This document shows positions 30,316 to 40,859 of a DNA stretch of 64,000 nucleotides, piece after piece. Source of the stretch: Acidobacteriota bacterium (GTDB taxonomy: Bacteria > Acidobacteriota > CAIWXX01). The stretch is from the NCBI GenBank assembly GCA_040755995.1, contig JBFMAF010000037.1:96001-160000 (forward strand), read 5' to 3'. The notes beneath the pieces were generated by a model. It did no database searches. It worked only from the letters and a program-made list of their open reading frames with translations, and was not told the origin of the DNA. The position numbers were made by a program, and so were the translations under genes. The stretch's first letter is position 1, and the number at the start of each line of letters is the position of its first letter.

Positions 30316-30683
30316 GCTGTCCTCCTCTCCTCTGTCCTCCGAGGCAACGTGGCGTGCTGGAGTGATCGCGCTTCCTCGACGCGCACCGATGCAGTCCTCC
30401 GCACAATCTCATGCGTGAGGCCCAGTATTCTGGCAATCTCCCTGTGCACAACTTCCGGGTATATCTTGGTGCCCTCTCTTCGGACGCGCAGCAACCCGCT
30501 GCGAACCAGGACCGAGAGATGGCGGGACACGTTGACCGGATGTTCGTCGAGCCTCGACGCAAGCTCGCACTGGCAGCATCCGGACTCGAGCAGCGATCTC
30601 AGAATCCGGATTCGCAGAGGGTGCGCAAAGGCGAGCAGAATCTCGGCCTCGATGCTTTCCGGACGAGTCGGGCGCGCGCTCAC
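30312..30683 (-). CDS. ArsR-family transcriptional regulator
   Basis: AFAHPLRIRIL, CCQCEL, VSRHLSVL; GTG start overlapping the previous stop. Confidence 0.85.
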   Translation of the reverse strand: MSARPTRPESIEAEILLAFAHPLRIRILRSLLESGCCQCELASRLDEHPVNVSRHLSVLVRSGLLRVRREGTKIYPEVVHREIARILGLTHEIVRRTASVRVEEARSLQHATLPRRTEERRTA

Positions 30684-30925
30684 GTCAGGACCCGCTCTCT
30701 GACCAGCTTCACGATGTCGGAGCTCGATAGCAGCCGGCCCTGAGACACCAGGGAGCCGTCCACCACCAGGCCGGGCGAAGACCACATGCCAACCTGGGTC
30801 ATTCGCCCGATCTCCTCCACCTTGACCACATCCACATCCGCCGGGAGCTCCTTCTTGGCCTCCAGCGCCGACTCGTACAGCTTCTTGCATTTTGGGCACC
30901 CGGGCCCAAGCACTTCAACTTTCAT
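30680..30925 (-). CDS. Small redox-active disulfide protein (Thioredoxin_3 / MTH895 family)
   Basis: GPGCPKC, SPGLVVDG. Confidence 0.9.
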   Translation of the reverse strand: MKVEVLGPGCPKCKKLYESALEAKKELPADVDVVKVEEIGRMTQVGMWSSPGLVVDGSLVSQGRLLSSSDIVKLVRERVLT

Positions 30926-30958
30926 CGCGCGTTCCTCTCCCTTTCCCGGGACACCTCG

Positions 30959-32128
30959 CTAGAACAGCCAACCGAACAGCCATCCGCTGAGAGCAGCCAT
31001 GACGATCACCAGTGCGAAGTAGGTGAATGACTTCTTCGTGCCCATCACATTGCGTATCACGATCATGCTCGGAAGCGACAGGGCCGGTCCCGCCAACAGG
31101 AGCGCCAGCGCCGGCCCCTTGCCCATCCCCGCACCGAGAAGCCCCTGCAGGATTGGGACTTCCGTGAGCGTAGCGAAGTACATGAAAGCACCGGCGACGG
31201 AGGCGAACAGGTTCGCCCCCAGGCTGTTCCCGCCAAGGAGCGATTGCACCCACTGCATCGGGATGACCCCCGCACCGCTCTGAGGCCTGCCCAACAGGAA
31301 GCCGGCCACCAGAACACCTCCGATCAACAGCGGAAAGATCTGCTTCGTGAACGTCCAGGTCTCCCACAGCCAGCTCCGTCGCTCGATCGCGTCGAACCAT
31401 CGGAGTGCGGCGAACACCAAGACGATCAGAGACAACCCCGCCAGATACCAGTGTACCTCGTGGACCGCATTGAAGAACCCCACGGGGCGCGCCGGCTTTC
31501 CCCACGTGGCGAAGACCAACACGGCTATCATGGAGACGAAGTAGACCAGGTCCTGCCATGGTGCTCGCCGTCCGTCCGTGCTCGGCTCGGCCGGGAAGCC
31601 CGTGCGTTCCAATTCATCTTTCTCGCGCCCGAAGATCAATCCCATGAGCAGACCGATCACGCAGGCGAACGCGACAGCACCCACGACCCGTGCCAATCCC
31701 AGCTCCAGCCCCAGCACCCGTGCGGTCAGAATCATGGCGAGGATGTTGATGGCCGGGCCGGAGTAGAGGAATGCCGAGGCGGGCCCGATGCCGGCTCCTC
31801 GCTTCCATATCCCCGCAAACAGTGGCAGGACAGTGCACGAGCAAACGGCCAGGATGGAGCCCGACACGCTTGCGACTCCGTAGGAAACCGGCTTCGGAGC
31901 GTCAGGCCCCAGGTATCTCATCACGGCGCCGCGATTGGTGAATGTGGTTATGGCCCCGGCAATGAAAAACGCCGGCACCAGACAGAACAATACGTGCTCC
32001 CGCGCGTACTCCTTCAGCATGTGAAACGCTTCGATGACGGCGGAACCGAACCGGACCGAATCCACCGGGAGAAAGTAGGCGGCCAGGAACACCGCAACCA
32101 CCAAGATCAGCTTGTGGCGTTCTTTCAC
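30959..32128 (-). CDS. ArsP/DUF318-family permease
   Basis: EHVLFCLVPAFFIAGAI, AVCSCTVLPLF, YFATLTEVP, LSLPS. Confidence 0.88.
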   Translation of the reverse strand: MKERHKLILVVAVFLAAYFLPVDSVRFGSAVIEAFHMLKEYAREHVLFCLVPAFFIAGAITTFTNRGAVMRYLGPDAPKPVSYGVASVSGSILAVCSCTVLPLFAGIWKRGAGIGPASAFLYSGPAINILAMILTARVLGLELGLARVVGAVAFACVIGLLMGLIFGREKDELERTGFPAEPSTDGRRAPWQDLVYFVSMIAVLVFATWGKPARPVGFFNAVHEVHWYLAGLSLIVLVFAALRWFDAIERRSWLWETWTFTKQIFPLLIGGVLVAGFLLGRPQSGAGVIPMQWVQSLLGGNSLGANLFASVAGAFMYFATLTEVPILQGLLGAGMGKGPALALLLAGPALSLPSMIVIRNVMGTKKSFTYFALVIVMAALSGWLFGWLF

Positions 32129-32814
32129 AAGCGACTCCGAATGAGGAGGACAATCTCGTATATCCCGATCAGGACGAACACCACCCCTACGGCCGGCCGG
32201 GTCCAACGATCCAGCTTGCGCAGCGCGGACACCAACCGCTCGGCCGCCTTCAGACTGACTGCCAGGACAAGCCCCACGCCGAGAACCGGCACCGCAGTAC
32301 CGATGCCATAGAGCACGGCCAACAGGAATCCGGACGAGGACTTGAGCGCTATCGGAATCAGGCCGCCGAAATAGAGGGCGCCGGAAAAGGGACAGAAAGC
32401 CAGGGCGAAACCGGCTCCCAGCAGAAAAGCCGACAACAAAGGCACCTTCCCCGAATGGTGAACGACCTTCTCCTGCAGGCCGCTTGCACCGGTTGCCAGC
32501 CGCACGATGTTCAACAGCACCAGACCCACGAATATGAGGACAGGCCCGAGCACGTACTCCGCCACAGTCATGAGCGGACTGGCAACCCTGGCCACTCTCA
32601 GGCTCAACAGCTGGATCAACAAGGCCAGCACAGCATAGGAAGCGGCGCGCCCGACCGCATAGAGAGATGTGTCGGTCGCCACCCAGACCATGCTCTTGTA
32701 GCGGCGGCTCACAAAGGCCACTGCAGCGATGTTGGTGGCCAACGGGCAGGGGCTGATCGACGTCAGCAGGCCCAGCGACAGCGCCGCATAGGCAGGGAGA
32801 TCCTCGATATTCAC
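32125..32814 (-). CDS. ArsG/CcdA-like membrane protein
   Basis: SISPCPLATNIAAV and LAFCPFSGALYFG Cys-Pro pair; GTG start at 32814. Confidence 0.8.
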   Translation of the reverse strand: MNIEDLPAYAALSLGLLTSISPCPLATNIAAVAFVSRRYKSMVWVATDTSLYAVGRAASYAVLALLIQLLSLRVARVASPLMTVAEYVLGPVLIFVGLVLLNIVRLATGASGLQEKVVHHSGKVPLLSAFLLGAGFALAFCPFSGALYFGGLIPIALKSSSGFLLAVLYGIGTAVPVLGVGLVLAVSLKAAERLVSALRKLDRWTRPAVGVVFVLIGIYEIVLLIRSRL

Positions 32815-33230
32815 AACAGGCGTCTCTGGAGATTCTCCACCACGTATGCTTTGTATGCGGAGTCGCCTTCGCGAATCTTGTCCCACATCTCTTCGAGTTG
32901 GATCAGCTCGCTCTTGCCATCCTTTGAGGAGGCGATGAAGAGCGACGGTCCGAACGCGCCGAATTCCCCGGCCAGCTGCCGCTCCTCCTTCGTCCCATCC
33001 ACCGCCACGCTCTTCAGAACCAGGCGCCCTTTCTGGATCTCCGACCCGAACGCCTCCCTTGCGGCTTCGAAGGCTCGCGCCTCCGCGTTTGTGCACCCCG
33101 TGCACCTCTGCGTGCGATGGAAATAGTAGAGCGTAACGCTCGGCGACCCGGCAGTGCCCGCATCCGGGCCCGCCGCAAGAAATTGACCGGTGGCCAGAAC
33201 AAGCATGACAGCGGATATGATCGGCCTCAT
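32811..33230 (-). CDS. ArsF-like exported thioredoxin-fold protein
   Basis: Signal peptide; YYFHRTQRCTGC. Confidence 0.75.
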   Translation of the reverse strand: MRPIISAVMLVLATGQFLAAGPDAGTAGSPSVTLYYFHRTQRCTGCTNAEARAFEAAREAFGSEIQKGRLVLKSVAVDGTKEERQLAGEFGAFGPSLFIASSKDGKSELIQLEEMWDKIREGDSAYKAYVVENLQRRLL

Positions 33231-33242
33231 ATTCTCTCCTTC

Positions 33243-33294
33243 TTACGTCATAACGTAACAATGCAACAATAACCTCGATCGCCGGGCGTGTCAA
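33243..33294 (-). promoter_or_regulatory. Promoter and operator of the arsF-arsG-arsP operon
   Basis: Minus strand TTGACA, 17 nt spacer, TATTGT; downstream palindrome TTACGT-N4-ACGTAA (33243-33258) next to the RBS. Confidence 0.6.
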
Positions 33295-33410
33295 GAACCC
33301 GCCGCGCGATACGCACGGCGCGGCGGCGCCCCGGCCCGCGCGAGGCTTACACGGCCGCCTGCAGCGGATGTAGAATAGATGTCCGGAAGGCATAGGCAGG
33401 AGGGGGCGCG

Positions 33411-34145
33411 ATGCTGAAGATGTCGAACATCAGCCTGACGGCCGGCGGCAGAACGATACTGCGCGATCTCAGCCTCCACGTGCGCGAGGGTGAGATACAC
33501 AGTATTCTCGGTGCCAACGGCACCGGCAAGTCGACACTTGCCGCCGTGATCATGGGCCTCGGGGGCTACCAGCCCAGCGCGGGCGCGATCCATTTCAACG
33601 GAGAGGACATAACGGAGCTTTCGGTCTCCGAGCGCGCGAAGCGCGGGATCACGCTGGCCTGGCAAGAGCCCGCTCGATTCGAAGGCCTCACAGTCGGCGA
33701 GTACCTCAGAATCGGGCAGCGCGGCGGCGCAAACGGCTACATGACGGCGCGCGAGTGCCTGCTGAAGGTCGGGCTCGCTGCCGAGCTGTTCCTCACGCGC
33801 GCGGTCGACAAGACGCTGAGCGGAGGTGAGCGGAAACGAGTGGAGCTCGCGTCGGTGCTGGCCATGAAACCGAAGCTCGTCATCCTCGACGAGCCGGATT
33901 CGGGAATCGATGCTCTCTCGATCGACAGCATCGTCGAGGCCATTCGAACCTTGTCGCGCAACGGCGCGGCCATCCTGCTGATCACCCACCACGAGGAGGT
34001 GGCGGAGATCGCGGATCGTGCATCGACTCTGTGCGGCGGAACGATCGTGAAGACCGGCGACCCGTCCGCCATCGCGCGCTACTTCCGGAATCACTGCCAG
34101 GAATGCCTGCACGTGAACGAGCCGAAGGGGGAAGAGAATGATTGA
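33411..34145 (+). CDS. SufC-like ATPase of the SUF-like minimal system (SmsC)
   Basis: GANGTGKS, LSGGERKRVELA, LDEPDSGID; C-terminal CQEC. Confidence 0.88.
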   Translation: MLKMSNISLTAGGRTILRDLSLHVREGEIHSILGANGTGKSTLAAVIMGLGGYQPSAGAIHFNGEDITELSVSERAKRGITLAWQEPARFEGLTVGEYLRIGQRGGANGYMTARECLLKVGLAAELFLTRAVDKTLSGGERKRVELASVLAMKPKLVILDEPDSGIDALSIDSIVEAIRTLSRNGAAILLITHHEEVAEIADRASTLCGGTIVKTGDPSAIARYFRNHCQECLHVNEPKGEEND

Positions 34146-35088
34146 CGTCGCGGGGGAATTCGAGGCCATAGCAAGAGCATACGAGGCTAGCGGGGGCGAT
34201 TCAGGAGCCCTCGTGGACAAGCAGTCCGGCAGCCTGGTTGTGAGCCACAACAGGATCCTCGGCATGAACACAGTGCCGGGTCTCCACATCGACGGCGGGG
34301 CGACGCCCACGGGTGCGAAGGCCAAGATCAGTGTCGACCCGGGAGTCGTGATCCAGAAGCCGGTCCATCTCTGCTTCGGCGTGCTGCCGAAGGAGGGGCT
34401 GCAGGAGATCGTCTCCGAGTTCAGGGTCGGAGACGGAGCCAAAGTGCAGTTCCTGGCGCACTGCTCCTTTCCCAACGCCCTTCGCGTCAAGCACGTCATG
34501 GATGCCAAGATCCGGGTCGGCAAGAACGCCGAGATGCTCTACTCCGAAACCCACTATCACGGCGAGGACGGAGGCACCGAGGTGCTGCCGGTGGCCAGGG
34601 TGCTTGTCGAAGAGGGCGGAGTGCTCAAGAACGAGTTCAAGCTCGTGCGTGGGACCGCGGGCGATCTCAGGCTGGACTACGAAGCCGATCTCAAGAAGGA
34701 CGCTGTATGCGAGCTCGATGCCAGGGTTTACGGGAAGCGAGAAGACAAGATCCTGGTCAAGGAGTCGCTGTTCCTCAACGGGGAGAACGCGCGCGGCCTC
34801 GCCAAGAGCCGCATTGTTGCATCGGATCGCTGCGTGAGCGAGGTCGTCGGCGAGGCGGTCGGAAACGCACCGGAAGCCCGCGGCCACGTCGACTGCGTGG
34901 AAATCGTCAAGGGCAAGCACGCGCGCGCCAGCGCCGTGCCCAAGCTCGTTGTCTTCGACGATCGGGCAAAGCTCACGCACGAAGCTGCGATCGGCAGCGT
35001 CGACAAGAAGCAGGTCGAGACGCTGATGGCGCGGGGGCTCAGCGAAGAGGAAGCGATCGACGTCGTCGTCAAGGGGATGCTGCGCTGA
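34138..35088 (+). CDS. SufB/SufD-family scaffold (SmsB)
   Basis: PVHLCFG, ARGHVDCVEIV, AKLTHEAAIGSVD, LMARGLSEEEA. Confidence 0.9.
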   Translation: MIDVAGEFEAIARAYEASGGDSGALVDKQSGSLVVSHNRILGMNTVPGLHIDGGATPTGAKAKISVDPGVVIQKPVHLCFGVLPKEGLQEIVSEFRVGDGAKVQFLAHCSFPNALRVKHVMDAKIRVGKNAEMLYSETHYHGEDGGTEVLPVARVLVEEGGVLKNEFKLVRGTAGDLRLDYEADLKKDAVCELDARVYGKREDKILVKESLFLNGENARGLAKSRIVASDRCVSEVVGEAVGNAPEARGHVDCVEIVKGKHARASAVPKLVVFDDRAKLTHEAAIGSVDKKQVETLMARGLSEEEAIDVVVKGMLR

Positions 35089-35129
35089 GCTGACGGTTGC
35101 GAATGACCCCGACATGGGGGTCATGCTCA

Positions 35130-35158
35130 TTGACCCTGGCCACGCGGCCTGCTAGTAT
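35130..35158 (+). promoter_or_regulatory. sigma70-type promoter preceded by a hairpin
   Basis: TTGACC, 17 nt spacer, TAGTAT with extended TG; ATGACCCC...GGGGTCAT hairpin at 35103-35124. Confidence 0.5.
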
Positions 35159-35258
35159 TCGTTCAAGTGATCCCGGGCGGGCCTTGTGCTCGTGGACGAA
35201 ACGCGGCGGAATCGAGCAACACGAAGGAAGCCGACACCCGGCGTCGGAGGGGGATTGC

Positions 35259-37553
35259 ATGAAGGCCGGACGCATTGCCGAAGCGCTCTTGCTGGCGGCC
35301 CTCGCATGCGCGGTCCCCGCTGAGGTCCGGCCTGAAGAGACTGAGCTCTCCAGAATGAGTCTCGATGAGCTCATGAATATCCCTCTGGAGTGCGCCTCGA
35401 AGATGGTCGAGAAGCAAAGGGAGGCGCCGGCAACCACTATCGTGATCACCCGCGACCAGATTCGGAGGCGCAACTACCGGTCTCTCCTGGAGGTGCTCGA
35501 GGATCTGCCGGACATCAAGATCGAGAGGGTGAACGATCCGCGATGGGCGGATGACGTGACCATCCGCGGGATATTCGGGATGGACAAGTTCCTGATACTG
35601 CAAGACGGCATCCGCGTTTCATCCACTACCAACGACGTCATTCCGATCATGGAGAACTACCCCGTAAACCACGCCCAGCGGATCGAGATCGTCTATGGGC
35701 CCGCCTCCGCGCTGTACGGCGCGGACGCGATCGCCGGGATCATCAACATCGTCACGAAGAGAGCGGAGGACGTGCGTGGGACCGTGGAAGGAACCGTCGA
35801 CATCGGGAGGTTCGGTTCGTACGTCGGCGATTTTGTGATTGGGAAAGAGGTCAGCGAGAAGATCAGCTTCACCGCCGCGGGGCAGTACTTCCGCGACCCC
35901 CAGCCCGATCTCAGCGAGTACTATCCTGAGGAATACGTGGGAGGCAAGGACGCACTGAGGACGGGCACATTCGACACTGCCTGGGGCAGGATGACGCCGA
36001 ACACTCCCGTCTCACCGGATTTCGAGGCGCCGCTCGGCGCCTCGGCGTTTCACGCGTCAGCCAGAGTCCACGATTTCCACGTCTCGTTCTTCCGAAACCA
36101 TGCTCGCTTCCCGTCGACTATCGCGAACAACCCGAACAACGCGGTCTATAACGAGAACGTGTATCTGGCCGACAACATCACCGTGATCGACGGCACGTAC
36201 AAGGCACGTCTCGCTGGAGTCGAGAGCACTGCCACTGTTGTGGTCAGCTCTTACGAGATGGATACTCAGTCGAACTGGCGAAACATATACACGAGCATGG
36301 AGCCGGGCTACAAGTTCGCCCGCAGCAAGACATGGAAGATCGAGGAGCAGCTCAGCGGGTCTGTGGCGGACAAGCTGAAGATCGTGGGAGGCCTCTCGTA
36401 CAAGAGCTACTTCGCGATTCCAGTCGGCCATGACCTGGAAAGCCCGGTAGATGAGAGCAGAAAGGACGATCCTACCGGCATCATCGTCAACAGCAGATAC
36501 CCGAAAAACCCGGCCGGCATCGAAGCAGACTTCGTGAAGCTCAGGTATGGCGACGTTGCGAGCTATCTGCAGGTCCGGTACGCCCCCGTCAAGAGTCTTT
36601 CCCTGGTCGTGGGCGCGCGCTACGATCACAACACCCGTTTCGGCGACAGTTTCAATCCGCGAATGGGCGTGATCTGGCTGCCTGGAGAGAAGACAACGAT
36701 CAAGGCGCTCTTCGGGTCGGCGTTCCTGGCGCCATCGCCGCAGGCCGCATACGAGCAGTTCGGATCTTTCTATTCAACCGATGAGGGTGAAACCTACCGC
36801 TCGTACTACTTCCGCCTTCCGAATCCCGACCTCGGACCACAGAGGATGAAGGCCTTCGAGGTCAGCCTTCGTTCGTTCCTGTCGTCGAACACCGGCGTTG
36901 CACTCACAGGGTTCTATTACCGGCTTTCTGGACTCTTCCGGCAGGTCTCGGACGCGGAGTACGGTAATCGCTACGATGGCCATTACAAAGGGTGGCCGGT
37001 CGACTACATAGAGATAATGATCAATCAGGGCGAACAGCGCAACTACGGTGGCGGAATTCAGCTCGATCATATCCGGCATTTCGGTACGGACCGGCGTCTG
37101 GCGGCTTACATGTCGCTAAGCCTTGTCGACGGGCGGGTCGACGCCGACGGCGAAGGGCCGGGCGGGAACGCAGAGATAGGCGGCGTCTCGCCGCTGATGT
37201 TGAAGGCCGGCGGCGAGTTGACTATCGGGCGGTTCGAGATCTCCCCGCGACTGATCGCGGTCAGCAGGCAGCGGACGCATCCCGCCGCCGTTCAAGCATT
37301 CGAGGCCGACGACCCGTCCAAGCGCCAGACGCTGCCAGGATACGTCCTCGTGAATGTGGCAACCCGGTATCGCCTGTCCGGGAACTTCACGCTTCTTGTC
37401 GATATCCGCAACATGCTCGACCAGCGCTACCGCAACGTGAACCTCGGGGCCGCTCCGGAGACCGGAGCCCAGGGGAGTGCCGCCGCCGAGTTCTCAAAGG
37501 GCGCGCCGCAGTACCCGATCCGGGTATACGCAGGTCTGCAGTTCCACTTCTGA
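35259..37553 (+). CDS. TonB-dependent receptor
   Basis: GGAGG RBS; MSLDELMNI; RIEIVYGPASALYGADAIAGIINIVTK; C-terminal Phe. Confidence 0.9.
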   Translation: MKAGRIAEALLLAALACAVPAEVRPEETELSRMSLDELMNIPLECASKMVEKQREAPATTIVITRDQIRRRNYRSLLEVLEDLPDIKIERVNDPRWADDVTIRGIFGMDKFLILQDGIRVSSTTNDVIPIMENYPVNHAQRIEIVYGPASALYGADAIAGIINIVTKRAEDVRGTVEGTVDIGRFGSYVGDFVIGKEVSEKISFTAAGQYFRDPQPDLSEYYPEEYVGGKDALRTGTFDTAWGRMTPNTPVSPDFEAPLGASAFHASARVHDFHVSFFRNHARFPSTIANNPNNAVYNENVYLADNITVIDGTYKARLAGVESTATVVVSSYEMDTQSNWRNIYTSMEPGYKFARSKTWKIEEQLSGSVADKLKIVGGLSYKSYFAIPVGHDLESPVDESRKDDPTGIIVNSRYPKNPAGIEADFVKLRYGDVASYLQVRYAPVKSLSLVVGARYDHNTRFGDSFNPRMGVIWLPGEKTTIKALFGSAFLAPSPQAAYEQFGSFYSTDEGETYRSYYFRLPNPDLGPQRMKAFEVSLRSFLSSNTGVALTGFYYRLSGLFRQVSDAEYGNRYDGHYKGWPVDYIEIMINQGEQRNYGGGIQLDHIRHFGTDRRLAAYMSLSLVDGRVDADGEGPGGNAEIGGVSPLMLKAGGELTIGRFEISPRLIAVSRQRTHPAAVQAFEADDPSKRQTLPGYVLVNVATRYRLSGNFTLLVDIRNMLDQRYRNVNLGAAPETGAQGSAAAEFSKGAPQYPIRVYAGLQFHF

Positions 37554-37562
37554 CCTACGGCC

Positions 37563-38096
37563 ATGACTATGCTCAGTCCATCGGCCTACCTGATCCTTGC
37601 AGGGATGCTCTTGCCCGCGCTCTGCAGAGCCGGCGGCCTCGAAGACCAGATGAAAGCTATCTACGTGACGAAGATGACTGATTTCATCGAATGGCCGGCG
37701 GAACCGGGCCCGGGGATCAAGGCGGAGCCGTACGTGATCGGTGTTATCGGCAAGACACCCGTACTGCCGTTTCTTGAGGAGATGGCCGGGAGGTGGAGAA
37801 TCGGAGGCCATCCTGTCTCCGTCAGGAATATCTCGCAACTGGACGAGATCCCAGGTTGCCGTATCCTGTTCGTGGCAGGCTCGGAGGAGCACAGGCTCGG
37901 CGAGATCCTGGACAAGGCGGCAGGAAGGCCTATCCTCACCGTAGGGGATACCAAAGGGTACGGCGAGAAGGGCATCCTGATCAATTTCTATGTTGAGAGT
38001 GACTATCTGCGGTTCGAGATCAACGTGCGGGCCGCGCATACCAGCACGCTGAAGTTCAGCTCGAAGCTGTTGAAGCTGGCTAGAATCGTATCCTGA
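37563..38096 (+). CDS. YfiR/HmsC-family (DUF4154) periplasmic regulator
   Basis: KAIYVTKMTDFIEWP, CRILFV, ILTVGD, RFEIN, SSKLLKLA. Confidence 0.88.
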   Translation: MTMLSPSAYLILAGMLLPALCRAGGLEDQMKAIYVTKMTDFIEWPAEPGPGIKAEPYVIGVIGKTPVLPFLEEMAGRWRIGGHPVSVRNISQLDEIPGCRILFVAGSEEHRLGEILDKAAGRPILTVGDTKGYGEKGILINFYVESDYLRFEINVRAAHTSTLKFSSKLLKLARIVS

Positions 38097-38105
38097 GGCA
38101 CGGCG

Positions 38106-40388
38106 ATGGCATTCCGCTTCTTCCATGCCCTGAGCATACGGAACAAGCTGATATTGATCATACTGTTCACCTCTGTTCCTACCCTGCTTGCCGGCCTGCT
38201 GGCGATGACTGTCAAGGATATCCGGACCTTTCGCCAAGACATGCTGAACAGCACGATTCTGATCGCCATGGCGACCGGGAACAGCGTCGTCAGCGACCTG
38301 GCGTTCCTGGACAGGCAATCGGCGACGGAAACCCTCACCAAGCTCGGAGATATCCCCTCGATACGGAGCGCCTGCCTCTTCGACGAACGGGACAATTTTT
38401 TCGTGGCCTACAATCAAGACGAGACCGCGAAAGTCGTGCCTCCGCCGGTCAAGACCCTTTACAACCACTTCGACGGGAGCAACCTCCATGTCGTCCAGCC
38501 GATCGTCTACCAGAACAAGAAGTATGGCACCATCTACCTGCGCGTCTCGACTCAAGTGCTCGACGACACAGTGCGTAATCATGTCTTGATAATGGTCTCA
38601 TTGGTGGTGGTGCTGCTGGGATTGTCATCTATCCTCGCGTGGAGATTGCAGCACCTGATTTCCAGGCCGATCGTCGAGCTCACGGAGACGGCCAAGAGGG
38701 TCTCGGAAGAGGGCGACTACTCCGTCAGGGTCACGAAGACCAGCGCCGATGAGATGGGGACGCTGTGCGAGATCTTCAACGACATGTTGGAACAGATTCA
38801 GAGGCGGGACGTGGATCGGGACCGGGCCGAGAACGAGTTGAAAGAAGCCCGGCGCTTCCTCGCTAACGTGATCGAGTCCATGCCCTCGGTGCTGATCTCC
38901 CTGGATGAGCAGGGTATCGTGACTCAATGGAACCAGGCCGCAGTCCGCATGACAGGCATTGGGGCGCATCGTGCCATGGGGAAGAGCCTGTGGGACCTGG
39001 TCCCATATCTGACCAGGTATGAGCCCCACTGCAGCTCCGTCCTCCGGAACGGCGAGCCGGTGGTGCTCTACAAGGATGTGCTGCAAATCAACGAGGAGAG
39101 GGTGTATTTCGACGTCTCGATCTTTCCGCTCATGGCCGACGGGGTGAGCGGGCTGGTGATCAGAGCAGACGATGTGACAGAGCTGGAGCGCAAGGAGCTG
39201 CAGCTCCGGCAGGCACAGAAGATGGAGATCGTGGGGACACTTGCCGGCGGTCTGGCGCACGACTTCAACAACGTGCTCGCCGGGATAATCGGCACACTGT
39301 CTCTCATCGACCACAAGATGGGCGCGCCGGGCGGCATTGACGGGCCCGAGCTGGGACGGTTGCTGAAGGTCATCACCGAGTCTGCGAATCGAGCCTCTGT
39401 TCTGGTGCAGCAGCTCCTCGCCCTGTCCCGGAAGCAGGAGATGACCATGGCGCCGGTCAACCTGAACTCGGTCATCGGGCGCATAACCGACATCTGCAGG
39501 AACACGCTCGACAAGAGCATAGAGATAGCCCCCGTGTACTCCGGCGAAATCGCCGCCGTCGAAGCAGACGCCGCGCAGATCGAGCAGGTGCTGTTGAATC
39601 TCTGCGTCAACGCCTCCCACGCCATGACGATCATGCGCGCGGCCGGCCGGCCCTGGGGAGGAAAGCTGACCATATCGGTCGAGAGAGTCACGGCGGACCG
39701 GTCTTTCTGCGATTTCCATCCCGAGGCCGCCCCCGGATATTACTGGAAGCTCTCGGTGGCGGACGAAGGAGTAGGGATGGACGTCAAGACGGTCGCCAAG
39801 GTTTTCGACCCGTTCTTCACAACCAAGGGGAAGGGCAAGGGGACCGGTCTGGGACTGGCCATGGTCTACAGCATCGTCCAGCAGCACAAGGGCTTCATAG
39901 ATGTCTACTCGGAGCCGGGCACCGGGTCCGCCTTCCATGTCTACCTGCCGGCGATGCTGGCCGAGCAGCTGGCGGTGATGGAGCCGCCCGGCGAGGTGCG
40001 ACTCTGCAAGGGAAGCGGGCTGGTCCTCGTCGTCGACGACGAACCGGTGATCCGCAATCTCGCACAGGCATTCCTGGAAGAGTGCGGTTACCAGGTGCTG
40101 GTCGCCGAGGACGGCCGTTCGGCGGTGGAGATTTTCAAGAACCGGCAGAAAGAGATAAGACTCGTCCTGCTGGACATGATCATGCCCAGGATGTCAGGCA
40201 AAGAAGCCTACATCGAGATCAAGAAACTAGATGCCAATGCGCGAGTGCTGCTGGCAAGCGGCTTCCGGAACGACGAGCGCATCGAAGAGATCTTGAGCAG
40301 CGGGGTCTGCGGCTTCATAAGGAAGCCGTACACGCTGGAGCATCTGTCAAAGGTCGTCTACGACGCGCTCAAGGACGACGGCGCGTAG
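38106..40388 (+). CDS. Membrane hybrid histidine kinase (periplasmic CHASE8-like, HAMP, PAS, HisKA, HATPase, REC)
   Basis: Two TM segments; [34 protein letters not shown]. Confidence 0.92.
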   Translation: MAFRFFHALSIRNKLILIILFTSVPTLLAGLLAMTVKDIRTFRQDMLNSTILIAMATGNSVVSDLAFLDRQSATETLTKLGDIPSIRSACLFDERDNFFVAYNQDETAKVVPPPVKTLYNHFDGSNLHVVQPIVYQNKKYGTIYLRVSTQVLDDTVRNHVLIMVSLVVVLLGLSSILAWRLQHLISRPIVELTETAKRVSEEGDYSVRVTKTSADEMGTLCEIFNDMLEQIQRRDVDRDRAENELKEARRFLANVIESMPSVLISLDEQGIVTQWNQAAVRMTGIGAHRAMGKSLWDLVPYLTRYEPHCSSVLRNGEPVVLYKDVLQINEERVYFDVSIFPLMADGVSGLVIRADDVTELERKELQLRQAQKMEIVGTLAGGLAHDFNNVLAGIIGTLSLIDHKMGAPGGIDGPELGRLLKVITESANRASVLVQQLLALSRKQEMTMAPVNLNSVIGRITDICRNTLDKSIEIAPVYSGEIAAVEADAAQIEQVLLNLCVNASHAMTIMRAAGRPWGGKLTISVERVTADRSFCDFHPEAAPGYYWKLSVADEGVGMDVKTVAKVFDPFFTTKGKGKGTGLGLAMVYSIVQQHKGFIDVYSEPGTGSAFHVYLPAMLAEQLAVMEPPGEVRLCKGSGLVLVVDDEPVIRNLAQAFLEECGYQVLVAEDGRSAVEIFKNRQKEIRLVLLDMIMPRMSGKEAYIEIKKLDANARVLLASGFRNDERIEEILSSGVCGFIRKPYTLEHLSKVVYDALKDDGA

Positions 40389-40448
40389 CTCCACTGCGGA
40401 GATGGCAGCCTTCCAGCGTGGGCGCAACGATGGTATGATTCGTGCGTA

Positions 40449-40859
40449 GTGATCATGCGCAAGAACGGCCTTGAACATCTGGCTGAGAACGAACGCGCTG
40501 CGCTGAATGACTTTGTCGTGCGCCTCCGGCAGGCATACGCCAGTCAGGTTGTCCGAGTCGTGCTGTTCGGCTCCAAGGCCCGCGGCGACTCTGATGCAGA
40601 ATCCGATTTAGATGTGCTAGTGGTCATCAACAGCGACGATTGGCGCCTCCACGATCAGGTGGTGACTCTCAGTTCGCCCGTGTCGGTCAAACACGATGCT
40701 CTGATCTCGCCCAAAGTCATCGGGCCCTCTCTCTACCGGAGGATGCGGAGATTGCGTTCGCTCTTCCTTGAAAACATCCTCAGAGAAGGTAGGATTCTGT
40801 GGACGAAGCGTCCCGCGAGGCGATCCGCCAAGACCTCGCCTGCAGCCGCGACGAACTAG
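40449..40859 (+). CDS. MNT (minimal nucleotidyltransferase) antitoxin
   Basis: LFGSKARGDSDAESDLD (GS-X10-DXD). Confidence 0.85.
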   Translation: MIMRKNGLEHLAENERAALNDFVVRLRQAYASQVVRVVLFGSKARGDSDAESDLDVLVVINSDDWRLHDQVVTLSSPVSVKHDALISPKVIGPSLYRRMRRLRSLFLENILREGRILWTKRPARRSAKTSPAAATN

